From an uncultured Chloroflexia bacterium (GTDB taxonomy: Bacteria > Chloroflexota > Chloroflexia > QHBQ01 > JADMIH01), in NCBI GenBank assembly GCA_963797095.1, contig CAWCNY010000001.1, forward strand, positions 480,001-544,000: a DNA stretch of 64,000 nucleotides, written 5' to 3'. Under the pieces are notes generated by a model. The model was given only the letters and a program-made list of their open reading frames with translations, did not search any database and had not been told where the DNA came from. The position numbers and the translations under genes were made by a program. Every line of letters begins with the position of its first letter. Within the stretch, counting starts at the first letter, position 1. Shown piece by piece: positions 20,601-31,132 of the stretch.

Positions 20601-20750
20601 AGATAGGCGCGGAGTTGCTTTACCGGCCTGTTGGGGTGGTTGGTTTTGTTGGTTCCGAGAGGACGGAGGCGTCGAAGGGGACGAAGACGGTGGCGGTGGT
20701 TGCGCGGGTTGAGGGGGCGTAGTCATCAGAACATCAACTCCGCCACCCGG

Positions 20751-21875
20751 TTACGCCCCAGCGTACTCGGCATACACCCTCGCCGCCTTAATGGCCTCTC
20801 GCAGCCGTCCGGCACGGATAACTTGCGCTGGCGCATGGAAGTCGAGATACGGGTTGGTGTTGGTAAACCAGTTCTTTATGACCGAGGGCCTTTCTTCCTG
20901 CTGTAGGATCAGCAAGCACGTAAGGGCTGCTCGAAGCCTGCTGGCCGCTTCCGGACGGGCCTGCTCGACTGACCCCGCCAACCAGTTGCGTACCGTCCTG
21001 GTGGAGGCGTTTGCCATGTATGCGAGCTCTTTAGTAGGGAACAACTCGCGTAGACGGGCCACTACCTCCCGTAGTTCCAGGGCGTTAGCCTCCCGGTAGG
21101 TGGCCAGGAGCTGTGGGTGCTCCGCCCGAAGCGCCTCTTCCAAGGCAGCGTCGGCTTGCGCACCTGCTGCTCCCGATATGTCTGTAGAAGTTATAGGGCC
21201 TGTAGGGGTAGGGAAGGCAACATCCCCTGGCGCCGCTGGAGAAGTCGTAGATGCTAGCTCAAGCGCAGGTACAAGACCATGCGCCATAGCGTTCCGTAGC
21301 TGCTCCTGTTCAACAAGCCACTCTACCAGTTCCGTAACCCCGTTGATTATCCGAGCCTGTGCTTCCCTGGAGAGCGCGAGTTTCCAGAACTCAGCGCCAG
21401 CTACCGGTCGACCCTCATACAACAGCTCTATCCCGTCGGGGGAAGGCATATCCGCAAGCACGGCGGAGAGGTCTATGAGGCTGGGTAGTTTCTGCATCTC
21501 CACAGCCCCCATTTGTCCGGACCATATTTGCCCATGTAAGTCGCCCTGTATATCCACCTCTTGCACTCCAGGCACATAGGTTCGCCGATGGAATGAACCC
21601 GGCAGCGCCAGTTCGCTTACACCCCGCTGAGCAAACTCGAACGAGTAAAGCGCCTCCCGCATGCTATCTTGGCTCAAGATCAATTCCCCACCCTGCCAGG
21701 GGCGGGGCGCAGGCGTTAGCACTGGATGCGCAGTGATCCCACCCCGTATACGTCTAGCCGTACGGAATACGTAGTGCTGCCCGGTACCGGGGCTATCATG
21801 CTCCTCACCTCGTGCTGCACGACCAACAGGTACGCCCTCAGTTGTGGATCTCAACTTCGCCACCCCACTCTCCAA
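20751..21875 (-). CDS. Hypothetical protein with C-terminal HTH and Xre/MbcA/ParS-like domain
   Basis: ELAYMANASTRTVRNW HTH, then VIKNWFTNTNPYLDFHAPAQVIR. N-terminal 250 aa not recognised. Confidence 0.6.
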   Translation of the reverse strand: MESGVAKLRSTTEGVPVGRAARGEEHDSPGTGQHYVFRTARRIRGGITAHPVLTPAPRPWQGGELILSQDSMREALYSFEFAQRGVSELALPGSFHRRTYVPGVQEVDIQGDLHGQIWSGQMGAVEMQKLPSLIDLSAVLADMPSPDGIELLYEGRPVAGAEFWKLALSREAQARIINGVTELVEWLVEQEQLRNAMAHGLVPALELASTTSPAAPGDVAFPTPTGPITSTDISGAAGAQADAALEEALRAEHPQLLATYREANALELREVVARLRELFPTKELAYMANASTRTVRNWLAGSVEQARPEAASRLRAALTCLLILQQEERPSVIKNWFTNTNPYLDFHAPAQVIRAGRLREAIKAARVYAEYAGA

Positions 21876-22182
21876 TGCTATATCCCTCGTCTATTGCCGC
21901 CTAATTTCCGCTTCGTTTCCATAGTATGGCATTAGAGCCCTTTCCTGTCAAGACCTGCGGGCGGTCTCATAGAGCCCCAAGGGTCGCCCAGTCGCCCACT
22001 GTTGCCCGCTGGAGTGCTAGAACGGAGCATCCTCACAGGGCAGTGCACATACCGAACGCACGTGCTATAATAAGGCAATAAGACATGGTCATCGATCTCG
22101 AGAGAGTCGGATATTCCGGCCAGGGAATAGGAGAGATATGGAGCTACAAGGCGCCGCAGCAGAGGCGCAGCAGAACCCGCTA

Positions 22183-23523
22183 GTACAGCTTGGCTCAAGT
22201 GAGGCCACAGTTATGCCACCAAAGCCTTGCCACGGTAGGTCCAGGCAAACGGCTTTGCCATCGTCTTGTTGTAGTAATCTATGAACTCCATCACTTTAGC
22301 TTCTAATTCCTCGACCGTGCGGAAGCTGCCTCGTTTCAGCAGCTTGCGCACCAATATGCTCAGCCATATCTCGATCTGGTTCAGCCATGAACTGTGCTTG
22401 GGGGTGTAGTGAAACACGATCTTGTGACTGCCTTCGCTCAGAAACGCTGCTCTCGAAAGGCGGTTGTGGCGGTTGTGCAGGATGCCGCTCTTGCCTTTCT
22501 CCCCCAGGTCCATCTCCTCCAGCCCACTTACCCTGGCTACCAAACGCACCAGCGTCTCGGAGCGGTGCGTGTCGAGGTTGTCCACCACAAAGTGCCATTT
22601 CCTAACCAAAGGCTCCCTCTCCACACTGCGCTGCACATGGGCCGCAAAGTCGGCCTCGTTGCGCGTGGGGCCACTCGAGGTGTTGCCAATCCCCCCAGTT
22701 GCCACGTCCAAGTCGATGATGAACGAACGGGTGCCATGACGAATGTACTCGAACTCTCGCCTCTCCACCTTGCCAGGCTTCATCGGCAGGGTGGGGTGGC
22801 AGCGCTCCAGGGCTTGTACTCCGGTCATCTCATCACTACTCAGCACCCTCTCTCCTCTCCTGCCCTGGTCAACTCCTGTGCCATACGGTAAAGAGAGCAT
22901 ACGTCCGAAACCTTCTCATCGAAGCGCTCCTCTCGCTCATAAGAGGGTGGGGTCAGCCAGTAACGGCTCAGGTGCGGTTTGAGATCCCCCTTTTGAGCAG
23001 GCGGGCTGCATGGCGAGGTGATATCTGCTCAACGATGCCGCGATTCTTCACCTCATCGGCAATCTCACGACTGCTCCACTGGCTGATAGGACGCCCACTC
23101 TGTGCAGGAGCTTCACATGCCAGAGCCACAATCTGGCACACAGCCTCAGCACTGATGCGGGCAGGCGCACCCGACCGGGGCACATCAGTCAGGCGCTCTG
23201 GGGCGCTCAAGTCATCCGCTGACACGGCTTGCAGATCGAGCCAGCGCCTCCGCCACAGTTGGGCCATATCACGGCTAACCCCTAGCTCTCGGACAATCTG
23301 GCCGTTGTTGAGGCCGTCGGCTGCGGCTAGCACGATGCGGGCACGCAAGGTCAGTTGCTGTGGTGTCGAGTGGCGGCGCAGCAGGTTGTTCAGTTCCTGG
23401 CGCTCTATGCTGGTGAGTTCAATCATCGGCGGTTTAGGTCCTCTAGGTCCACGCATTGGCTGTTACCTCTCCCTTGGTGTTTCAGCCATTATATACTGGG
23501 GTCTCATTTGAGCCAACCTGTAC
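22183..23523 (-). mobile_element. IS630-family element, inactivated transposase
   Basis: IRs GTACAG(C/G)TTGGCTCAA flanked by TA. HTH ORF 22968-23456, slippery AAAAGGGGG (22994-22986), DDE ORF (DEMT, VDNL, SWLNQIE). An extra 5-bp duplication at 22851-22860 causes a second shift. Confidence 0.9.
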
Positions 23524-23557
23524 TAGGAACCAGGAACCATAATCTGACTACCAACTA

Positions 23558-24349
23558 CTACAGACTGCTCTTCACGATGCCGCCATCGATCTGTATTGTG
23601 GTGCCCGTTATGTAGGCAGCTTTGTCCGAGGCCAGGAACGCCACGAGATAGCCCATTTCTTCAGGTGCGCCATACCTGCCTAACGGGATCTGGCTGAGCG
23701 ACAGCTTCTTCGACTCCTCGTCAGATACGCCCAGCGAGCGGGCACGGCCCGCATCCAATTGGCGGATGCGCTCTGTATCAAACCTGCCTGTGGCAATAGT
23801 GTTGACCGTGATCTGATTGGGTGCTAGCTCCTGCGATAAGGTCTTGGCGAGGCCCACCACCGCCGACCTGATCGAATTGGATAAGATCAAGCCTGGAATC
23901 GGCTCTTTTACCGCCGTGCTGGTCAAATTGATGATGCGCCCCCTGCCGCTCTTCTGAAGGTGAGGCAGAGCCTGGTGGATCATGCGCACTGTGCTCATCA
24001 GGTTCAACTCAAATGCTTTCTGCCAGGCCACATCGTCGTGCTTGATGAACTCGCCGGGAGGTGGGCCACCTGCATTTGTGACCAGAATATCCAGCCTGCC
24101 CAGCCGCTCGACCGTCAGGGCAATCGCGGCCTCTATATCGCCGGGGTTGGTAACGTCGGCCACCACGGGCAGCACTGTCGCCCCGGTCGCCTGGCGCACC
24201 CTCTCAGCAGCCGCTTCGATAGCATCCTGCCTGCGGGCGCACATAGCCACCGACGCACCCTCCCGTGCCAGCTCCAATGCTATAGCCTCTCCCAGCCCCT
24301 GGCTGGCCGCCGCCACGAACGCCACCGTCCCACGCAAACCCATATCCAT
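23558..24349 (-). CDS. SDR-family oxidoreductase
   Basis: AASQGLG, VTNAGG, YITGTTIQIDGG. Confidence 0.93.
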   Translation of the reverse strand: MDMGLRGTVAFVAAASQGLGEAIALELAREGASVAMCARRQDAIEAAAERVRQATGATVLPVVADVTNPGDIEAAIALTVERLGRLDILVTNAGGPPPGEFIKHDDVAWQKAFELNLMSTVRMIHQALPHLQKSGRGRIINLTSTAVKEPIPGLILSNSIRSAVVGLAKTLSQELAPNQITVNTIATGRFDTERIRQLDAGRARSLGVSDEESKKLSLSQIPLGRYGAPEEMGYLVAFLASDKAAYITGTTIQIDGGIVKSSL

Positions 24350-24370
24350 AGCTCGCTCCTGCCGGGACGT

Positions 24371-24412
24371 AGGAGGAAAGACGAAGGCAGTATGACCTTT
24401 GTCTTTCCTCCT
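24371..24412. terminator. Hairpin between sodA and the SDR gene
   Basis: AGGAGGAAAGACGAAGG-8 nt-CCTTTGTCTTTCCTCCT. Confidence 0.55.
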
Positions 24413-24431
24413 TCGTTCTTCGTCGCTAACT

Positions 24432-25046
24432 TTACCTGTTCGCCGCTTCGAAGCGCCGTGCGACTTCGTTCCAGTTGACCACGTTCCACCAGGCCGCTAG
24501 ATATTCGGGCCTGCGGTTCTGGTACTTCAGGTAATACGCATGCTCCCATACGTCGTTGCCCATGATCGGGAACTGCCCGTCCGAGATCGGGCTGTCCTGG
24601 TTGGCCGTGCTGACGAGCTTCAACTCGCCCGCTGATGTGCGCACCAGCCACACCCAACCGCTGCCGAATCGTTTCGCGCCCGCGTCCTGGAATGCCGACT
24701 TGAAGCCGTCAAAGCTGCCGAATGTCCTCACAATCGCCTGTCCAAGCTCACCCTGAGGATCGCCACCGCCATCCTGGCTCATGATCTCCCAGAACATGGT
24801 GTGGTTGACATGTCCGCCGCCGTTGTTACGGACAGCCGTGCGGATATCCTCCGGTATGCTGTTCAGGTCTCCAACCAATTGTTCGACACTCTTGTCTTGC
24901 AAATCAGGGTAATTGGCGAGAGCGGCGTTCAGGTTGTTAATATACGCCTGGTGGTGCTTGTCGTGATGCAAATGCATGGTCTCTTCGTCAATGTAGGGCT
25001 CCAGTGCATCGTACCCATAAGGCAGAGGGGGAAGTTCGAATGCCAT
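24432..25046 (-). CDS. sodA: Superoxide dismutase, Mn-type signatures
   Basis: [31 protein letters not shown]. Confidence 0.95.
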   Translation of the reverse strand: MAFELPPLPYGYDALEPYIDEETMHLHHDKHHQAYINNLNAALANYPDLQDKSVEQLVGDLNSIPEDIRTAVRNNGGGHVNHTMFWEIMSQDGGGDPQGELGQAIVRTFGSFDGFKSAFQDAGAKRFGSGWVWLVRTSAGELKLVSTANQDSPISDGQFPIMGNDVWEHAYYLKYQNRRPEYLAAWWNVVNWNEVARRFEAANR

Positions 25047-25130
25047 TGTTATTATCCTCCTGTAATTCGTGCGATTCTTCTATCATTTGATATTTGTTGT
25101 GCGCGCCGAGCACAGTCCGGTGGCAGTGTA

Positions 25131-25158
25131 ATTGTACTCAGGCTGGGATTTACGTCAA
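25131..25158 (-). promoter_or_regulatory. Sigma70 promoter of sodA
   Basis: TTGACG, 16 bp spacer, TACAAT. Confidence 0.65.
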
Positions 25159-25192
25159 GGAAAATGACGCGCTAATAGAACTCCTGCATTTA

Positions 25193-26398
25193 TCATGCCA
25201 GGCCCGCCATGGAGGGCTGTGTGTACACCTGCATCGCCGCCTGCAGGCCAACCCCCGGCTCGACATTGTGGCCCCTCCCCGACAGCACTATCTCAAGCGA
25301 TGCCAGCAGTTGGAGCACATACTCCTGCTGCGATCCATAGCCCATCAGCCCCACGCGCAGTAACCGTCCTTTGAGGGGTCCCAAACCGCCTCCGATTTCG
25401 ATGTCATACTCTTTGAGCAAGGTGCTTCTGATCTGCATTTCGTCCAGGCCATCGGGCACCTGTATCGCGTTCAGAGGCCACAAGCTATAATCTTCAACGG
25501 GTAGGAAGTTGAGGCCCATCGCTTCAACCCCCCCGCGGAAGGCAAGGTGGTTGTGCCTGTGTCTCTCCCACCTTGCCTCCAGTCCCTCCCTATGGAGCAG
25601 CGATAGCGCCGCGTGGAGAGAGTAGATCAGGGGGGCTGAAATCGTGTGGTGGTACTGCCTATCCTCCCAGTATTTGCTCAAGAGGATGGCGTCCAGGTAG
25701 AAGCTATGGACCGGCTCCTTTCTGCCCTTGATCCTCTCTATGGCCCTGCTGTTGAAGGTGATCGGGGAGAGGCCCGACGGCGCACCCAGGCACTTCTGGC
25801 TGCCGCTGTAACACACATCAACGGCCCAGTCGTCAACTAGCAGCGGTTGCCCGCCGAGCGACGTAACGGCGTCCACCACCAGCAGCGCGCCAACTCCATG
25901 CGCCGCCTCCGCTATCCCGCGCAGGTCCTGGCAGACCCCGGTGGACGTTTCTGCGTGCACCAGGCATACCACTCGCGGTTCGACCTCGCGGATCGCTGCG
26001 ACCAATTTCTCGGTATCAACAGGCGTGCCCCATTGCGCTTCCACCCGGTGGACTTCGCCCCCGGCGCGCCTGGCGATCTCACACATACGCTCACCGAAGT
26101 AGCCCATCACACCCACCAGCACTTTATCGCCCGGCTCTATCGTATTGAGAAGCGCCGATTCCATCCCCGACGTGCCCGTACCGGAGAGGGCAAGGGTCAA
26201 GTCGTTACCGGTGCGAAACGCGCTCCTGAGCATACCCTGCAACTCGCCCATAAGCTCCAACAGGGCGGGGTCAAGGTGCCCAAGAGGCGGAAGAGTCATC
26301 GCCCGTAGCACCTCCGGATCAACCTCGCTTGGGCCGGGGCCGAGCAAGAGCCGCCGAGGCACCATGCCATACTCGCTGTCACTGGATCGTTCTGCCAT
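25193..26398 (-). CDS. Alanine-glyoxylate aminotransferase family (class V PLP enzyme)
   Basis: LLGPGPS, HAETSTG, DAVTSLGG, SGSQKCL. Start placed at ATG 26398 after GGAGG. Confidence 0.93.
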   Translation of the reverse strand: MAERSSDSEYGMVPRRLLLGPGPSEVDPEVLRAMTLPPLGHLDPALLELMGELQGMLRSAFRTGNDLTLALSGTGTSGMESALLNTIEPGDKVLVGVMGYFGERMCEIARRAGGEVHRVEAQWGTPVDTEKLVAAIREVEPRVVCLVHAETSTGVCQDLRGIAEAAHGVGALLVVDAVTSLGGQPLLVDDWAVDVCYSGSQKCLGAPSGLSPITFNSRAIERIKGRKEPVHSFYLDAILLSKYWEDRQYHHTISAPLIYSLHAALSLLHREGLEARWERHRHNHLAFRGGVEAMGLNFLPVEDYSLWPLNAIQVPDGLDEMQIRSTLLKEYDIEIGGGLGPLKGRLLRVGLMGYGSQQEYVLQLLASLEIVLSGRGHNVEPGVGLQAAMQVYTQPSMAGLA

Positions 26399-26659
26399 TG
26401 CTTCGATATCCTCCAATCTGCCGCGTCTTTTGTACTCCAACATTCCTATTATAATCCCACATTCTCTTATCATGGTTTTGAGGGAGGTTATTCTTGCCCT
26501 CATTAACTATATGGCAAAGGTGGGACAAAACTGGACAGGTTTTGGGGTGTACTTTGGTACAGTCTTTTTTGGTTCGGGGGCTATAGCCAAACCCCACCCA
26601 AAAATGCTAATATAGGTGAAGCACAGTTCATCGTCACATATCACCCGGCAAGAGATCGC

Positions 26660-27538
26660 ATGAACGACACGCAACCATATCGCAAGAACTTACTCCGCGC
26701 TGCAGGGCTGACCAAGCGCTTCGGCGAGTTGGTGGCCGTAGGTGGGGTGGACTTCGATATCCCGCGCCACGGGATCGTGAGCTTGATAGGGCCTAACGGC
26801 GCGGGCAAAACGGTCTTCTTCAACATGCTGACCGGACTGATCAAACCGGATAGCGGTGATATCTGGTTCAACGGCGAGCGGATCACCGGCCAACCGCCCG
26901 ACCGCGTCACACACCTGGGCATAGCCCGGACATTCCAGGGCATACGTCTCTTCAAGAACATGACCGTGCTGGAGAACGTGATGGTGGGCCAGCACACACG
27001 CATGAGCAGAGGCTTGCTGGAGGTAGTGCTCCGCAGCCCTGAGATGAAGCAGGAGGAGAGGGCTGCCCACCTTAAGAGCCTTGAGTTGCTCGATTTTGTC
27101 GGGCTGCGCCACCTCGCCGATGAGAACGCCAAAAACCTTCCTTTTGGCATCCAACGCCGCATCGAAATAGCCCGCGCCCTGGCAACCACGCCCCATCTGC
27201 TGCTGCTGGACGAGCCGACAGCAGGCATGAACCCCAGCGAAACCGCCTCTGTGATCAACCTCATATCGCGCCTTGACAATGAGTTAGGGCTTGCGGTGCT
27301 GCTAATCGAGCATGATATGAAGGTGGTTATGCGTATCTCGGCACGCGTCTCCGTGCTGGATTATGGCCTGAAGATAGCCGAGGGCACGCCCGAAGAGATC
27401 AGGCATGACGCCCGCGTGATCGAGGCCTACCTGGGCCGCAGCGCCGGTGCCGAGCGCGAGCTAAACCCGCCAGAGCAAGAACCTGAGACCCGTTCAACCG
27501 AGGGGCTTCAAATAAGGCCGGAGCCTGCCACAAGCTGA
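26660..27538 (+). CDS. Branched-chain amino acid ABC ATPase (LivG-like), orphan
   Basis: GPNGAGKT, ARTFQ, LLDEPTAG, IEHDM, VIEAYLG. Confidence 0.9.
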   Translation: MNDTQPYRKNLLRAAGLTKRFGELVAVGGVDFDIPRHGIVSLIGPNGAGKTVFFNMLTGLIKPDSGDIWFNGERITGQPPDRVTHLGIARTFQGIRLFKNMTVLENVMVGQHTRMSRGLLEVVLRSPEMKQEERAAHLKSLELLDFVGLRHLADENAKNLPFGIQRRIEIARALATTPHLLLLDEPTAGMNPSETASVINLISRLDNELGLAVLLIEHDMKVVMRISARVSVLDYGLKIAEGTPEEIRHDARVIEAYLGRSAGAERELNPPEQEPETRSTEGLQIRPEPATS

Positions 27539-27595
27539 TCAGGCAAACTTATTGCGACAGCATTTTGGTTGAACACTGGCTTTTTAGGGGGGTCT

Positions 27596-30496
27596 ATGAG
27601 AACCCTCTTCAGTATATGGCTGCGAGACCAAAGCGAAAAACTGGGGCTTTCAAATGAAAGCCTGGCAGAAAGTGCGAACTGCTCGCTCGATCTCCTGAAC
27701 GCTATCGAGTCGGGCACAGGACACCCTGATAGGGCGCTGGCCGAAAAACTGGCACGCATCTTCGACGTGCCGGAGGACCAGCACCCGAACTTCATCCTCT
27801 TTGCCGTCTCCGACCTGGACGCGCCAACTGCGGGCTATGATCACAGGGCAGTGTCTGCCGACATAGATAGAGAGCTACCCTGGCGCACTCATGTGCATCC
27901 CCCAACCAACCTTCCGGCACAGCTTACGACCTTCGTCGGGCGCGATGAGATCGTTGAGAACCTGAGCGCGCTCCTGGCCGGACCGAACGTGCGCCTGCTC
28001 ACGCTGCTTGGGCCGCCCGGCATTGGCAAGACTCGTTTGAGTATTCAGGTGGCTACCAGGCTCCTGGACGACTTTGAAGACGGGGTTTTCTTCATACCTT
28101 TGGCCCCGGTCACCGATCACACGCATGTGGCGGAAGCGATAGCCCAATCGCTGGGGATCAAAGAGACCTCCAACCGCTCTGCATCCGAACTTGTCACGGA
28201 TTTCCTAAGCCCGAAGCAGATGATCCTGGTACTGGACAACTTCGAGCAGGTGGTAGAGGCCGGGCCGTTCGTGACAGAACTTCTGGTGGCCTCTCCTTTA
28301 CTCAAGGTACTGGTGACGAGTCGCTTTGACCTTCACCTGTATGGAGAGCATGTATATCGCTTGCCGCCGCTCGTACTGCCGCAAAGCGGGCCGGACCTGA
28401 CCGCCGATACATTGTCCGTTTCAGAGGCTTCCCAACTTTTCGTGCAGCGCGCTCAGTCGGCCCAACCCGACTTCAGGGTGGACGGTGAGACGGCGGCGGC
28501 GATAGCCGCTATTTGCCGTAAGCTGGATGGCCTGCCTCTCGCTATCGAGCTTGCAGCAGCCCGTACCAACGTACTCTCACCGGCGGGCATCCTGGCGCGG
28601 TTGGACCACCGTCTTCAACTGCTGACGGCCGGACCCCGCAACCTTCCTCCACGCCAACAGACCTTGCGGGGCGCGCTTGATTGGAGCTACGACTTACTGA
28701 GCGAGAAAGAAAAAACCCTCTTCCGGCTTCTGTCGGTATTCGTGGGGGGTTGCACGATGGAGGCGGTGGAGCGTATTTGGGAAATGAGCCAACAGGCAAA
28801 TCCCGCCTTCCAATACTCACCATCCGAGCAACTGGACCTGATCACTTCCCTGCTCGATAAGAGCCTGCTGAGGCACGAGATCGGCCCGCAGGGTGAGCCT
28901 CGCTTTGTGCTACTCGAAACGATCCGGGAATACGGGCTGGAAAAGCTTGAGGAGGCCGGGAATGAGCAGGCAGTAAGGCGAATACATACCGCGTATATGA
29001 TCGAGCGTGCCGAACAAGCTGAGCCGCACCTTACCGCCGCCGACCGCGACCCGTGGCTCCTGGTCCTGGACGCCGAGTTGGACAACTTCCGCGCGGCCCT
29101 TGCCTGGTCATTGAGTGATAGCGGAGACCGAGAATACGGGCTGCGACTTGCCGGGGCGCTAAACTGGTTCTGGTATTTCAGCAACCACGTGCGGGAAGGC
29201 CACAAATGGCTCACCGAGCTGCTTTCGCCCCCGGACACTCCTTCGGCGGTCGAGATACGAGCCAAAGCGCTGTACGCCGCAGGTTGGATGACACGCTTCC
29301 TGGGCGACCTGGAAGGCGCTATCTCTTTACTTGAAGAAAGCGTGTCACTCCGGCGTAATACCTCAGATAGGAGGGTGCTGGCTTACGCGCTTGCGGAGCT
29401 GGGGTTGGCGGAAGCGATAAGTCGCAAGCCATCGGCAACCGCCTTTAGCAGCGAGAGTGTAAGTCTGTTCCGGCAGGTAGGAGACATCTGGGGGCTGGCG
29501 CTTGCCCTCGATTATCAAGGGGATGTAGAGAACTTGTCGGGCAACCCCACAAGGGGCGACGAGTTGTACTCGGAAAGCCTGGTGCTGTTTCGCGAATTGA
29601 AGGACAAGTGGGGCATCGCAGCCGAATTGGGGCAGCTTGGCAACGCGGCCTTGAGATCGGGGGATTATGAAGCAGCGCAAAACTGTATCAATGAAGCGCT
29701 GGCAATAGAGCGTGTCAAGCGGGACAAGTGGAATGTTGCCCACTTGTTGCGCAGCCTGGGCATGATCCTCCAGCATCAAGGAGAGTACGCGAAGGCTATC
29801 AATCTCTACGAGGAGAGCCTTGCCGCCTATAGAGAGATTGGCGATAGGAAGAACATGGCTGCCGCCCTTCTGAGCCTGGGAAACCTGGCTCAGATTCAAG
29901 GGCACTACCAGCGCGCGGTTGCTTTATACCAGGAAGCCATCACTCTACCCGGGAGATACGAGGGCAACAAAACCGTGGGGTTGTGCTGCGCGGGGTTAGC
30001 CAGGATCGCGTCCATACACAATCAATGGGAGCAGGCGGTACTGCTCTTTGCCGCAGCCGATACGTTGTCCAAAGATTTCCTCAAGGATGTAACCCAGGTA
30101 AACGCATATCTCAAATACAGCCGTTTTCTGGCGAGAGCACGGGCTCGCCTGGGAAAAACAGCTTCCGGAGTGGCCTGGGCGAAAGGGCACGCCATGAATC
30201 TTGAGCAAATCAAGGCGATGGCCCTCAAATTCGATGTTGCACTGAAGCAGACAAAGAGGCCGAGCCGTGTATCTGCGGCGAATGAGCCTTCGAGCATACA
30301 GCATACAGACCTGAGCAAGCGAGAGCTTGAACTGCTGCGACTGACCGCGCAAGGGCTGAGCAACATAGAGATCGCCGAACGCCTCCTGCTCAGCCCGAAT
30401 ACAGTGCGAGCACACCTATACTCGATCTACGCCAAGATAGATGTCACATCCCGTGCGGCTGCCACGCATTTCGCTATCAAAAATAAGCTTCTATAG
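27596..30496 (+). CDS. XRE HTH-STAND NTPase-TPR-LuxR HTH regulator
   Basis: N-terminal HTH, GPPGIGKT, LDNFEQ, GLPLAIELAA, TPRs, C-terminal LSKRELE...GLSNIEIAERL...TVRAH. Confidence 0.92.
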   Translation: MRTLFSIWLRDQSEKLGLSNESLAESANCSLDLLNAIESGTGHPDRALAEKLARIFDVPEDQHPNFILFAVSDLDAPTAGYDHRAVSADIDRELPWRTHVHPPTNLPAQLTTFVGRDEIVENLSALLAGPNVRLLTLLGPPGIGKTRLSIQVATRLLDDFEDGVFFIPLAPVTDHTHVAEAIAQSLGIKETSNRSASELVTDFLSPKQMILVLDNFEQVVEAGPFVTELLVASPLLKVLVTSRFDLHLYGEHVYRLPPLVLPQSGPDLTADTLSVSEASQLFVQRAQSAQPDFRVDGETAAAIAAICRKLDGLPLAIELAAARTNVLSPAGILARLDHRLQLLTAGPRNLPPRQQTLRGALDWSYDLLSEKEKTLFRLLSVFVGGCTMEAVERIWEMSQQANPAFQYSPSEQLDLITSLLDKSLLRHEIGPQGEPRFVLLETIREYGLEKLEEAGNEQAVRRIHTAYMIERAEQAEPHLTAADRDPWLLVLDAELDNFRAALAWSLSDSGDREYGLRLAGALNWFWYFSNHVREGHKWLTELLSPPDTPSAVEIRAKALYAAGWMTRFLGDLEGAISLLEESVSLRRNTSDRRVLAYALAELGLAEAISRKPSATAFSSESVSLFRQVGDIWGLALALDYQGDVENLSGNPTRGDELYSESLVLFRELKDKWGIAAELGQLGNAALRSGDYEAAQNCINEALAIERVKRDKWNVAHLLRSLGMILQHQGEYAKAINLYEESLAAYREIGDRKNMAAALLSLGNLAQIQGHYQRAVALYQEAITLPGRYEGNKTVGLCCAGLARIASIHNQWEQAVLLFAAADTLSKDFLKDVTQVNAYLKYSRFLARARARLGKTASGVAWAKGHAMNLEQIKAMALKFDVALKQTKRPSRVSAANEPSSIQHTDLSKRELELLRLTAQGLSNIEIAERLLLSPNTVRAHLYSIYAKIDVTSRAAATHFAIKNKLL

Positions 30497-30508
30497 CGAG
30501 CCTATGTA

Positions 30509-30537
30509 TTGACACCGGAAGCAGACGGGTTCATAAT
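30509..30537 (+). promoter_or_regulatory. Sigma70 promoter
   Basis: TTGACA, 17 bp spacer, CATAAT. Confidence 0.7.
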
Positions 30538-30701
30538 GATGAGAACCTGGAGCCTATTCTTGTTGGTGCTGTTATCTCTAGTGCGCCGCGTGTAGCGTTG
30601 GGATGGCGAACATACAACCACCCATAACCACGTGGCGCGACGAGTATTTGTGGGAGAAATGAAATCCACCCAGCGTGACGATTATCATCAGGAGGAAAGC
30701 A

Positions 30702-31025
30702 ATGTCGAAGAGTCAAGCTTTGCAAGATAGAGCCCCCGCTGCCCTTAGCGAGGGCAACAAATCGATTGCGCAGCGGGATTTCCTGTGGGGAGATATTTTT
30801 GATGAATATTACTCTGCCTCGGATTTCCACGGGTTCTTCATAGTGCGGGCAGCCAATAGCACCGACCTGTGCGAAGGTAGCAATGTCTTTCCATGTGGCG
30901 AACAACCGGATAAGACCAAGACGTCCGATGCAGCCTGCCAACCACCTCCAGCGAACCCGACGCCGCCACCGCCTCCACCCGCAGATGAAACGGATAAGAG
31001 TGACGCGGGCCAGCCACACGGATAA
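30702..31025 (+). CDS. Small Pro-rich hypothetical protein
   Basis: RBS AGGAGG and upstream promoter; the stop lies inside the second 28-bp repeat. Confidence 0.55.
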   Translation: MSKSQALQDRAPAALSEGNKSIAQRDFLWGDIFDEYYSASDFHGFFIVRAANSTDLCEGSNVFPCGEQPDKTKTSDAACQPPPANPTPPPPPPADETDKSDAGQPHG

Positions 31026-31073
31026 GAGTGACGCGGGCCAGCCACACGGATAAGAGTGACGCGGGCCAGCCAC
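30990..31073. repeat. 28-bp tandem repeat x3
   Basis: ACGGATAAGAGTGACGCGGGCCAGCCAC, no spacers. Confidence 0.95.
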
Positions 31074-31132
31074 AAGGTACGGACTTAAAGAAGCAGGCAA
31101 CTCTGCCGCTCCTGCTTCTCAGGGCGATTTTG

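Noticed and set aside
30990-31073. 28-bp repeat x3 of CRISPR-like length
   Set aside because: Head-to-tail with no spacers, and no cas genes in the window.
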